Shown here in pieces: positions 9,915-18,693 of a stretch of 64,000 nucleotides of DNA (its first letter is position 1; every line of letters starts with the position of its first letter). The notes below the pieces were generated by a model. It saw only the letters and a program-made list of their open reading frames with translations. It ran no database searches and was not told where the DNA came from. Location of the stretch: the sequence record MN871444.1. One strand, 5' to 3'. The position numbers were made by a program, and so were the translations under genes.

Positions 9915-10282
9915 TGCAAACCGAAACCGAAAAGCAAGAAATAATTGCGGGTTTAAATAAAACCATGATCGCCATGGGGTTGGACCCCAATAAAGTAAAT
10001 GAATGGAATTATGGCTTGACAATAATTCGTCTAGCCCGCAGCTGGCTGCAACCGGGGAACGCTCAGCTCCGGGATACTTTAATTGCTATAGCCGAAACCG
10101 CTCCCATCGTAGAGGCGGACCTATTGGCTACTTTTAAAGATCTGCAAGTTGAGAATGTGTATCATTTAAAAGAACGGGGATTAACTGCACGTGTGGTTAT
10201 TGGTTATCAACACCACTATTGGGCATGCACCCCAGAAGGGTTCGACGTTTATCGCGCAATGAAAATAGAAGGGAAGGAGTAA
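9914..10282 (+). CDS. Hypothetical protein
   Basis: TAATG coupling with the upstream gene. Confidence 0.55.
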   Translation: MQTETEKQEIIAGLNKTMIAMGLDPNKVNEWNYGLTIIRLARSWLQPGNAQLRDTLIAIAETAPIVEADLLATFKDLQVENVYHLKERGLTARVVIGYQHHYWACTPEGFDVYRAMKIEGKE

Positions 10283-10285
10283 GTT

Positions 10286-10738
10286 ATGAAATTATCAGAT
10301 TGGTTGCCTGGGGTTCTGGTAGAATCTAACGTGATGGAACCTTGCCCTTGTTGTGGTTCGGAAAAAACCACAATCAGACAGAGGCCTGATGGGCAAGCGG
10401 AAGGCGGTTGTCTGGAATGCGGTTTGGCAATGTTCTCCTCCACAGTTAGTGGGGTATTACTCAAATGGAATAAACGGCACGTTCCATGGGTCGACCCGAA
10501 AGTCAGGCTGCCAGAAAAACCCAGGCTGGGCAACCCTTACGTTCCAGTGTTGGTTTTACTCGACGGCGAATTAAGTAGCGACTTTGCTTTCTACTCAACG
10601 TCCGAGGCCTTTTTCTCATGGGAACGCGGAGGGGAAGCGATAACAGATACTATCGTCGGATGGATGTACCTCCCATTAATCAATAACGTTCAAGAGTACT
10701 ACGAACGTTCGAAAAAGGATGCGGATGATGCAGAATAA
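10286..10738 (+). CDS. Lar-like zinc ribbon fused to a DUF551-like domain
   Basis: PCPCCG...CLECG...KWNKR (Lar-like), then WVDPKVRLPE...GWMYLP (DUF551-like). Confidence 0.6.
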   Translation: MKLSDWLPGVLVESNVMEPCPCCGSEKTTIRQRPDGQAEGGCLECGLAMFSSTVSGVLLKWNKRHVPWVDPKVRLPEKPRLGNPYVPVLVLLDGELSSDFAFYSTSEAFFSWERGGEAITDTIVGWMYLPLINNVQEYYERSKKDADDAE

Positions 10739-10841
10739 AGATACGTCATTAATATCGTGCTTTGTGGGCGGTACGCTGTTCGGTGTTGTGGTAACCGTGC
10801 TGATTGCGGTGTTGAGTCAATTACTTATCGCCTCACTGTAA
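10725..10841 (+). CDS. Small membrane peptide (38 aa, not in ORF track)
   Basis: MMQNKDTSLISCFVGGTLFGVVVTVLIAVLSQLLIASL; AAGGA RBS; fills the gap between ORFs. Confidence 0.45.
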   Translation: MMQNKDTSLISCFVGGTLFGVVVTVLIAVLSQLLIASL

Positions 10842-10845
10842 TCGG

Positions 10846-11118
10846 GTGGTCGGTATGTGTGACTACCTCACCGATAGACAAAATGCCCGTGAGGTTATGC
10901 GGAAAATTGCACGGGCTGTAGACCGAAGTGACGTTAATCAACTTCTTGCGGAACTTCGGACAGAGCCTACAACAACTATCCGGGTATTGACTGCGGCATT
11001 ACGGTGTACCTATATGGGTAGACACAGGCTATCCGAATGGGCTTTGTTATTTGAACACATCAAAGCTAAATTTCCGCATCTGGCTGATGACTACCTCATT
11101 GGCCTATCAGTAGATTAA
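10846..11118 (+). CDS. Hypothetical protein
   Basis: ORF track. Confidence 0.5.
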   Translation: MVGMCDYLTDRQNAREVMRKIARAVDRSDVNQLLAELRTEPTTTIRVLTAALRCTYMGRHRLSEWALLFEHIKAKFPHLADDYLIGLSVD

Positions 11119-11257
11119 AAAACAACTCGCTTTAAATTGTATGAATAAACAGGAAATCCCAAATGGTGAGAGGCCCCAGAACCCCTCAATATCCATCCTG
11201 TTTATTCCGCACTGGATGATATCATCCAGGACATAAACTAACCATAAGGTATTTACT

Positions 11258-12019
11258 ATGGGTCGTCAAAAAGCTAAGGCTAATGCTCGTCGTCGCGACA
11301 ACAATGTGGTACATCTTGGGGCACCATTCAATCACCCCGGAGATGCGCTGTTGGAACAAACTCTGGGTACGAAAGAACGACGTAATGATAGCCCTCTGGA
11401 AGCGCGTAATGAGAACCAGCAACTCTTTCTGGATCTCCTGGCTGAAAAAGACCTCGTATTTGCATCGGGCAGCGCTGGCTGCGGTAAAACATATCTGTCG
11501 GCGTCCTGGGCTGCTGAGCGCCTGAAAGCAAAAGAAATCGACCGTATCATCGTAACGCGCCCGGTATTACAGTCTGGCGAAGACCTGGGTTTCTTACCGG
11601 GAACTATTCACGAAAAATTCCTGCCGTTCTTCCGGCCAGTCTACGACGTACTGCGGGAACGTTTGGGTGCTTCTTTCCTGGAATACTGTCTGAAGCCTGA
11701 AGTGGGTAAAGTTGAGATTGCGCCATTCGCGTATATGCGCGGGCGCAACTTCGATCGTGCCGTCGTGCTGTTGGATGAAGCACAAAACGCCACTGCCTCC
11801 CACATGAAGATGTTTCTCACCCGCATCGGTGAAGATACTCAGGTTATTGTCTCTGGTGACCATAACCAAATTGATTTGCCTAGCCACGTAAAATCTGGTC
11901 TGGTCGATGCACTGAGTCGTTTCAAAGACGGCCCACTGGTGGGCCGGGTCTCTTTCCTGGATACGGACTGTGTGCGTTCTGTACTGTGTTCTGAAGCACT
12001 ACTGGCGTACAAAGACTAA
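11258..12019 (+). CDS. phoH: PhoH-family ATPase
   Basis: GSAGCGKT Walker A, RIIVTRP, LGFLPG, AYMRGR, LDEAQN, FLTRIG, GDHNQID. Confidence 0.95.
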   Translation: MGRQKAKANARRRDNNVVHLGAPFNHPGDALLEQTLGTKERRNDSPLEARNENQQLFLDLLAEKDLVFASGSAGCGKTYLSASWAAERLKAKEIDRIIVTRPVLQSGEDLGFLPGTIHEKFLPFFRPVYDVLRERLGASFLEYCLKPEVGKVEIAPFAYMRGRNFDRAVVLLDEAQNATASHMKMFLTRIGEDTQVIVSGDHNQIDLPSHVKSGLVDALSRFKDGPLVGRVSFLDTDCVRSVLCSEALLAYKD

Positions 12020-12035
12020 ATACCTTATGGTTCTG

Positions 12036-12069
12036 AGGGAGGCTTCGGCCTCCCTTTTTTATGTTGTTG
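12036..12069 (+). terminator. Intrinsic terminator (C-TTCG-G loop) with TATGTTG flank
   Basis: AGGGAGGC-TTCG-GCCTCCCT followed by a T-run. Confidence 0.8.
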
Positions 12070-12078
12070 GGGAATCTA

Positions 12079-12507
12079 ATGATACCATTAAGTAAAAGTA
12101 TTACGGAACTTACTGAAATATTTGAGATTCACGGAATGGAAGTAATGGCGTATACTCACGGTAATATTAACACCGCTTCGATGCCAATTGCCTGCGCAAT
12201 CAATTCTGGATTATGTCATGTGTTTGCTAAACTCGCGTCATTGCGGCACCCCGAGGCATGTTTGGTCGGAAGCCCCACTCATGTTTTCTTAAAACTGGAC
12301 GGGCTCTGCTATGACGCGTCACACCCCAGAGGGGTAGATAACCTAACTAAATATCCTCCACCGTTGTTGGATTATTCTTCCACACAAAAATTAATACATG
12401 AGTTCCCCACGTATATAGATGCCTTAATTGCAGTTTCATGGTTGCGACGTACTACTTGGGAAGAACAATATCAATTATTACTCCGTGAAATCCACTTGAC
12501 TAATTAA
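12079..12507 (+). CDS. Hypothetical protein (INSGLC..FA / HVFL..DGLCYDA motif)
   Basis: ORF track; start adjusted to the ATG after a GGGGA RBS. Confidence 0.55.
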   Translation: MIPLSKSITELTEIFEIHGMEVMAYTHGNINTASMPIACAINSGLCHVFAKLASLRHPEACLVGSPTHVFLKLDGLCYDASHPRGVDNLTKYPPPLLDYSSTQKLIHEFPTYIDALIAVSWLRRTTWEEQYQLLLREIHLTN

Positions 12508-12597
12508 TATAAACTCTATTGGGATGGGGGGACCCCTCCCTTTTTATGCCGTCTTTTTTTATTTTGTCATAAACCACATACTAAAAACCCACACACC

Positions 12598-12605
12598 TAT
12601 ATTAC
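12598..12605 (+). promoter_or_regulatory. TATATTAC early promoter motif
   Basis: Exact match, intergenic, follows a terminator. Confidence 0.6.
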
Positions 12606-12648
12606 TTTGGTGGTTAATGTGACCATCATCTTTCGTGAGGATTTTACC

Positions 12649-13365
12649 ATGGAACATTATATTTTTGATGCAGACGACTATATTGAAATGTATAGCCATT
12701 ATGGTATTTCAGTATATCGGTTTGACTACCCCGCTCTTTTGGAGCGTTACAATGATATCCCTGCGGTCGTGGTGACCTACAACAACGAGTACTTCGGTGA
12801 GCTGAGTAACGTACCTACGTTCATGCGTAACGTGCGTGATATCTTATTGCATTTCTATAAGGGATTTGCATATGAGTATTTTCAGAAAGGCGATACTTGG
12901 CGAGGGTCCACGTTGGAGTTGGCTGTCCGGGAGGCCTACGCTACTCTGGTAGGCAATGATATTTGGCATATCGCTGCAGGAGGAAACTGGTATAGTCGCT
13001 GGAACAGCATTCCTCTGGACCAACTTGATGCGTTATCCCAAAGTGAGCTTGAACACGCCATGCGGCTATGTACCGATAATGGTGACATCGTGGAAGTGAA
13101 ACCATCGGTGACTGCTATGGGTACGTTACAATTCATGGGGGGTACGGGGGCCGGTATGTCAAATTCTAGTTTGATGATGACTATGACCATCTCAACCAAC
13201 CTCACAGAAATTCCTTCTATGGGTGGTCCTCGCGAATACAGCAAACATCGGTTGGTGTTGTCTGATGCTGTCGCGATGGGCCATCGCCTACCTACCTGGA
13301 AAGAACTGTATCTGCGTAATCGCAATCTGATCGATGCATTTTTATCTGCGACAAATAAAGGATAG
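12649..13365 (+). CDS. Hypothetical protein
   Basis: GAGGA RBS before ATG 12649. Confidence 0.6.
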   Translation: MEHYIFDADDYIEMYSHYGISVYRFDYPALLERYNDIPAVVVTYNNEYFGELSNVPTFMRNVRDILLHFYKGFAYEYFQKGDTWRGSTLELAVREAYATLVGNDIWHIAAGGNWYSRWNSIPLDQLDALSQSELEHAMRLCTDNGDIVEVKPSVTAMGTLQFMGGTGAGMSNSSLMMTMTISTNLTEIPSMGGPREYSKHRLVLSDAVAMGHRLPTWKELYLRNRNLIDAFLSATNKG

Positions 13366-13369
13366 TAAA

Positions 13370-14074
13370 ATGAAACCATTTGTATTTCCAACCGAAGAAC
13401 CTACGGTAGATGTTGTTGCCTACCCTTTCTTGAAAACAATCGTCAATCAGTTGGAGACGGCTGTGGGTGCACACTCTCCGTACGCCCGCGATATGCTGTT
13501 TCATAGCGGTAACTGCGATAGCAACATCGATACTGAAGTATTCAAACTGCACGCTCACGATTACTCCGCGGAAGGTGACAATAACACCTGGAACTTCATC
13601 TGGGGTGATTTCGCTATTCAGTGGTACAAACACAGCGGCCGTTGCTTGGTCTGCACCCGTAAGCTGTCACACGCTGAATTTGTGCAGATGTTAGCTGAGG
13701 TGCGTGCAACCCTCGAAACCTTGACATTCACCCAATATTCACGGCGTGATTCTCAGGGTGAGGAACTGCCGTTAACGCCGCGGGACGTTCAACAAAGACT
13801 GCTATCGTTGCAACTCAACAGTCAGTATGGTGCGTATGGTAATGCATACCCAGGTAGCACCCCAACGCTAACCTCGGCACTCAAACGGGCTGAAGGTGAT
13901 GGTGCTTTGCCTGCTGACGTGAATCCGTTCTTAATCGATGGGGATCTTAATGTCCTGTATCCTCCCAGGGCTATAGACCACCTGATTTCAACCCCTACGT
14001 CAGCAGAAGACCCGACCCCTAACCTGATGATGCGTTTACTCAAACGTAGAAAAGAGCTGAAACAACAACGATGA
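13370..14074 (+). CDS. Hypothetical phage protein (FAIQWYKHSGR motif)
   Basis: AAGGA RBS; ORF track. Confidence 0.6.
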   Translation: MKPFVFPTEEPTVDVVAYPFLKTIVNQLETAVGAHSPYARDMLFHSGNCDSNIDTEVFKLHAHDYSAEGDNNTWNFIWGDFAIQWYKHSGRCLVCTRKLSHAEFVQMLAEVRATLETLTFTQYSRRDSQGEELPLTPRDVQQRLLSLQLNSQYGAYGNAYPGSTPTLTSALKRAEGDGALPADVNPFLIDGDLNVLYPPRAIDHLISTPTSAEDPTPNLMMRLLKRRKELKQQR

Positions 14075-14613
14075 CTGACACTCACATCCCGCAAGTATAC
14101 TTCGTCGGTGACAACCATATCGGCGATAAAATCATGCTGAAATATCGACCTTATTTCAAAACCATGAAAGACCACAACAATGCCACCTGGGGGTTATTGG
14201 ACCAGGTTACCGCTGAAGATGTTGTTTGTTTCATGGGTGATAATTTCTTAACACCTGAATCCCTAGAACGGTTGGCAACTTACCCGTTCAAGAAAATTCA
14301 ATTGTTGGGGAACCACGAATTTGAAAAAGGCGTGACTATCCACCAGTTGGCTAAAGTCATGGATGAGGTCCACGGTTGTTTAAAATGGGAAGAGTTTTGG
14401 TTATCTCATCTTCCTGTACACAAGCGCGTGTTGGGTCCCGGGATGTTTAACATCCACGGACACTTCCATGAAAATGCCATCTCCATGGATAAGCGATATA
14501 TCAACGTTTCTATGGAAGCCACCTATTTCCGACTGATCTCCCTGGAAGATATCCGGACTGGCGTTTATATCCCATTCCAAAACCCCTATGAGGAAAGACA
14601 TCATGGCAGTTAA
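14071..14613 (+). CDS. Calcineurin-like metallophosphoesterase
   Basis: GDNHIG, MGD, LGNHE, LSH and NIHGHFH motifs. Confidence 0.85.
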   Translation: MTDTHIPQVYFVGDNHIGDKIMLKYRPYFKTMKDHNNATWGLLDQVTAEDVVCFMGDNFLTPESLERLATYPFKKIQLLGNHEFEKGVTIHQLAKVMDEVHGCLKWEEFWLSHLPVHKRVLGPGMFNIHGHFHENAISMDKRYINVSMEATYFRLISLEDIRTGVYIPFQNPYEERHHGS

Positions 14614-15250
14614 CACATTTAACTACGCTCCTAAGTTTTATATGCCGTACCCCGAGTCAAAAAAGACTCGGATTAGCGCTCGTTCAATTGGCGATTGTTT
14701 AATCGCCACCACCTTTAAATTCGATGAAGAGTCGGATAGCTACATGACTGTTCTGGAAGTGCTCGGTATTCCGGGACATGATAATGGCGTTGAACTCTTC
14801 CGACAATACCATCAAGAACCAGAACTGGACAAAGTTATTGGTGTGCTGTTAACTCACGTCTATCACGGCCTGCTGGATGCCATTAATTTTGGCATCAGGC
14901 GCGCCGATAAAAATCACATGCGTATTGCGCAACGGTGCGTTTTAGATAATTTCAACGCGCTATCATCCCGGTATGGTATTGAGTTCCGGGTAGAGCGTCA
15001 GGACAGTTTTGAGGGTCGCGGCGACCAGGTGGTTTGTACGCAACGGGTAGTCTCTGAACGCCGACATGGGTGTTGTGAATATACCTATCAGTTGGATGTA
15101 AAAAATAAAGAGACGGGGGTTACTCGCAGCGTACGCTGGGATGTGGTAAATACCGACTACCTTCCGATGTTTTCATGTTACGACCTTCATCGCCAGCACA
15201 CCAAAGAAATCGATCGGCTGTTCCTCGACCTGGAAAAATCCACCGACTAA
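14603..15250 (+). CDS. Hypothetical protein
   Basis: GAGG RBS before ATG 14603. Confidence 0.6.
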   Translation: MAVNTFNYAPKFYMPYPESKKTRISARSIGDCLIATTFKFDEESDSYMTVLEVLGIPGHDNGVELFRQYHQEPELDKVIGVLLTHVYHGLLDAINFGIRRADKNHMRIAQRCVLDNFNALSSRYGIEFRVERQDSFEGRGDQVVCTQRVVSERRHGCCEYTYQLDVKNKETGVTRSVRWDVVNTDYLPMFSCYDLHRQHTKEIDRLFLDLEKSTD

Positions 15251-15261
15251 AAGGTACTGCC

Positions 15262-15432
15262 ATGTTAGAAACACTCCTACCCTTCCTACCCGTGGTTTGG
15301 GTAGGAATGTTAATCTACGCCCTGGCTTCGGCCAGGGGTAATTCTGACATAATCCACCTGGTCCTATCGATGATTGGGTTGTGTTTTACCACGTACTGGA
15401 TGATTTATTATTTCAGTGCAGATAAATTATAG
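15262..15432 (+). CDS. Small two-TM membrane protein
   Basis: Two hydrophobic stretches; AAGG RBS. Confidence 0.5.
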   Translation: MLETLLPFLPVVWVGMLIYALASARGNSDIIHLVLSMIGLCFTTYWMIYYFSADKL

Positions 15433-15445
15433 CGAGGTAATTTAA

Positions 15446-16042
15446 ATGTCTATTAACCACCCCAATGGTACTTTCAGTATGGGTAAACTCGCTTATGTCG
15501 GGGTCGCCACAAACTCTACTGCCGCGGTTCAAGAAGGGGTCATTGCATGGAGTAAGGCCCTGGATATCGACCCTTCTGAAATCATTTATCTGGTTGAAGA
15601 AAATAGTTTAGGGAAAGCGCTATTAGATGCCTTCCCTAAACGCCCTCAATATATCGCATGGCGGGCAGGCCCAGAAGACATCGTGACTGAAGTAACCTCG
15701 ATCCCCGTATCCGATAAAGTTAAAGTGATCGTAGTGGCTCATCTTTACGGCGCTTTTACTACAGATGCCGATTTACGTGCATTGCGGCACTTTGCAATAA
15801 CCCACAACTTATTGTTGGTGGTGCCGGCCATGTTGCGCGAAGATGTATCGCTGGAGCATGTGGATGCCGATACTCTCGGAGAATACCTTAAATCTAACAT
15901 ACCCTTCAAATATTGGCGCGACGTACTGCAGGTAGATATCGGTATTGTTATGGTCAACTTAAGTGGTTGGATAAGTGCCATAGCAAAACATCGCGCCGTT
16001 CGATCGCCGTCAGAGTCCCAGCGAGTCGTGCAATTGTCGTAA
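15446..16042 (+). CDS. Hypothetical protein, possibly a degenerate RecA/DnaB-like fold
   Basis: GAGG RBS; alternating strand/helix pattern without a Walker A motif. Confidence 0.5.
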   Translation: MSINHPNGTFSMGKLAYVGVATNSTAAVQEGVIAWSKALDIDPSEIIYLVEENSLGKALLDAFPKRPQYIAWRAGPEDIVTEVTSIPVSDKVKVIVVAHLYGAFTTDADLRALRHFAITHNLLLVVPAMLREDVSLEHVDADTLGEYLKSNIPFKYWRDVLQVDIGIVMVNLSGWISAIAKHRAVRSPSESQRVVQLS

Positions 16043-16143
16043 GTAATTTACAGAACACCGTAAATGTATTAGGTGGGATAACTCCCACCGATTTATCACT
16101 CACTCACAATCGATGGCAATAGGTCCATTCGAAAGGAGCTAAC

Positions 16144-16827
16144 ATGTGCGAATCAGTAAACTGCAAACTTATTGATGTTACTTCAACCGGTTATTCCATG
16201 CGGTTTAACGCAGAAGAAGGCCTTACCTTCACAATAAAAGTGAACAACAACACCATTTCCAAACTTACTCACCTTTGTGCCTTATTACACAAAACGGCAA
16301 ATAGCCGCCATGAATTCTTAATCGGGTGTCAATTACCGATAGATGCATCGCAGCGGGATGACGAAGATTCCTTCGATTTAAGTTCGAAGAATTTCTGGGT
16401 GGCAAAGAAAGGGCGTGATGAGGGCCTGATTAGCATTCCTGGATTTTCTCAGTCCATTTCAGTGAATTTAGCAGATTTATTTAAATCCATCGTTTATATT
16501 TACGACCAGATGTTCGGTTCAGTACCGACGGCCGAGGTCTCTGATGCGCCTGCGATGGGTCTGGTAGATGGCTGTCCGGCCACTTTTGATGTAACGTTGT
16601 TGCGCTTTCCTAATACATACGGGATAGTCAGTTTGTGCAGTGGCAGCAAACGCATGGTTATTCAACATGTGCATCCTGCCGGATACAAAAACGAATATGC
16701 TAGGATGCTTAATTTTGGGGTAACGGAATACGAATTGGATGCCGACGATTGTTGGGTCAACTCGCCTTCTCGGTTTATCGGGGATACTAAGCTATTGAAT
16801 GGCGTCCAACACTTTAAACTGTACTAA
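16144..16827 (+). CDS. Hypothetical protein
   Basis: AAGGAG RBS. Confidence 0.6.
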   Translation: MCESVNCKLIDVTSTGYSMRFNAEEGLTFTIKVNNNTISKLTHLCALLHKTANSRHEFLIGCQLPIDASQRDDEDSFDLSSKNFWVAKKGRDEGLISIPGFSQSISVNLADLFKSIVYIYDQMFGSVPTAEVSDAPAMGLVDGCPATFDVTLLRFPNTYGIVSLCSGSKRMVIQHVHPAGYKNEYARMLNFGVTEYELDADDCWVNSPSRFIGDTKLLNGVQHFKLY

Positions 16828-16832
16828 ATAGC

Positions 16833-16860
16833 CAGGTGGATGACTTCAAGTCATCCACCT
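16833..16860 (+). terminator. Hairpin AGGTGGATGAC-TTCAA-GTCATCCACCT
   Basis: Perfect 11-bp stem after a stop codon. Confidence 0.55.
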
Positions 16861-16893
16861 GAATTATCGCGTTTTTTATTGGGGGCTACACAC

Positions 16894-17427
16894 ATGTCCG
16901 ACAACATTGTATTTCGTAATGCAGTCGAATTAAAAACAGCAATCGGCGATAAAGCACGTTTAGGTAAAGGTAATATTTTTGGTATTTCGGCTAAGCAGTC
17001 GCCGCGAAATACGGTGTTGATTGCCACCCAGCTAGTATCTAAAATTATTGACCCGACCACGCCAGCAGTTATTCTGACTGACATCCCCGAGGACGTCAAT
17101 GTCAGATTGACTATGAAAAAAGAAACGGCTATCGTGGTTACATCAATGGACGAACTAAAAGAAGAGATAACCAGATTAACCGAACAAACAAAAATAATTC
17201 CCACCGTACTGTTGGCTTGCTGCGACCGACCCAATTTTGCAGAATACCGTCAAGAGGTAGGGGATAACGTATTTACTTTTTTGGCGGCCTCAGGTTCACA
17301 ACCTAACGGGTTGGGGCTGGGCACTAGTACCTATTTAACCGATTACTTCATAGACCACATCCGCGGGGACCGTTATTTGTTATGGCGCAACAGTACGGGA
17401 AATTCCGGCGTAATTATTGATTTTTAG
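16894..17427 (+). CDS. Hypothetical protein
   Basis: GGGGG RBS before ATG 16894. Confidence 0.55.
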   Translation: MSDNIVFRNAVELKTAIGDKARLGKGNIFGISAKQSPRNTVLIATQLVSKIIDPTTPAVILTDIPEDVNVRLTMKKETAIVVTSMDELKEEITRLTEQTKIIPTVLLACCDRPNFAEYRQEVGDNVFTFLAASGSQPNGLGLGTSTYLTDYFIDHIRGDRYLLWRNSTGNSGVIIDF

Positions 17428-17437
17428 GAGAAAAACA

Positions 17438-18040
17438 ATGGGTTCCCTCTATTTCTATTATGGCGGAATGAACGCATCTAAGACCGCCCAGCTAGTTATG
17501 GCGGCGCACAACTATGAAGAGGCGGGGATGCGGCCTCTTTGTCTCAAGCCAAGACTGGATACGCGTGAGGGAGATACCCCCATGATTGTTTCCAGAATAG
17601 GTTTAAAACGAGAGGCTCTATGGATTACCCCGCTAGATGACCTGGCGTACGTTTATCGGTCTTATTGTGCTCATACCGGCCACCACCACCATTGTATCTT
17701 GGTGGACGAAGCCCAATTCCTCACAGTAGACCAAGTTAAGCAGTTGGCCTCACTCACCAACGATTTTGATGATTTGTCGATACTCTGCTACGGTCTGAGA
17801 ACGGATTTCCAGGGAAAATTATTTCCTGGTAGTGCGGAACTACTGGCTCAAGCGGAACATATTGGGGAAATCAAGGGAATGTGCGTTAACGGCTGCGGTA
17901 AGAAAAGTACGCACGTTCTGCGCTATAATAGTAGTGGGGTATTGGTTAAGGAAGGGCCTCAAGTACAGGTGGGTGGCAACGATGCTTATCGTGCTGTTTG
18001 CCGTAAATGTTTTGCAAAGGCGTGGGGTGGAAAGCCATGA
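17438..18040 (+). CDS. tdk: Thymidine kinase
   Basis: YGGMNASKT, DTR, LVDEAQFL, YGLRTDFQGKLFPGS, Zn-binding Cys pairs, VQVGGNDAYRAVCRKC. Confidence 0.95.
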   Translation: MGSLYFYYGGMNASKTAQLVMAAHNYEEAGMRPLCLKPRLDTREGDTPMIVSRIGLKREALWITPLDDLAYVYRSYCAHTGHHHHCILVDEAQFLTVDQVKQLASLTNDFDDLSILCYGLRTDFQGKLFPGSAELLAQAEHIGEIKGMCVNGCGKKSTHVLRYNSSGVLVKEGPQVQVGGNDAYRAVCRKCFAKAWGGKP

Positions 18041-18576
18041 AAAAAGATTGGTTTTATTGGGCGATGCGTATAGGCCTGTATTCCGGATACAGAAAAACCC
18101 GACGGGATATGATGTTCACGCGACTGCTTGATCTTAACATGTTTAACCGTAAGACCTGGCAGGAGCGTGGAAAAACAGAGACCCCCAAACACGTCGGTGT
18201 AAAACTCAGGCAGATGTTTCTGGATTACGAAAAGACAGATGCCTGGAAATTACATCGTGTCGACCTAACGGTAACCCAGACTCACCGGCGGGTTGTCAGC
18301 CTGAGATTGAAATCACCGGACAGCGCCGAAATAAGCTTTACGATGTATTACTGGGATATCGGTTTATTTTTGCGTATCTGTGACGGCTTCATCGGGGTAG
18401 ATAACGATGAACTAAATTGGATGCTGAAAAAAATAAATAGGGAATCCGCTTTATCGAGCCACCAACAAATCTACCATGCAATAAAAGGCCGGAGTAAACC
18501 CAGCCCTCGTGACTACACCCCTAAACCCGGCATGTCGGTCGATGAAATGTTGGCGGAAATTAACCAGCGGCATTGA
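18037..18576 (+). CDS. Hypothetical protein
   Basis: ATGA overlap with the tdk stop. Confidence 0.55.
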   Translation: MKKDWFYWAMRIGLYSGYRKTRRDMMFTRLLDLNMFNRKTWQERGKTETPKHVGVKLRQMFLDYEKTDAWKLHRVDLTVTQTHRRVVSLRLKSPDSAEISFTMYYWDIGLFLRICDGFIGVDNDELNWMLKKINRESALSSHQQIYHAIKGRSKPSPRDYTPKPGMSVDEMLAEINQRH

Positions 18577-18693
18577 ATCAAAAATACTATAAATACATAT
18601 TACTGTATTGAATCCAGGGAGGTAAAATACCTCCCTTTTATGACCTAACCATAATTTACTACGGGATAAAAATCATGACTACTAAATTACTGA

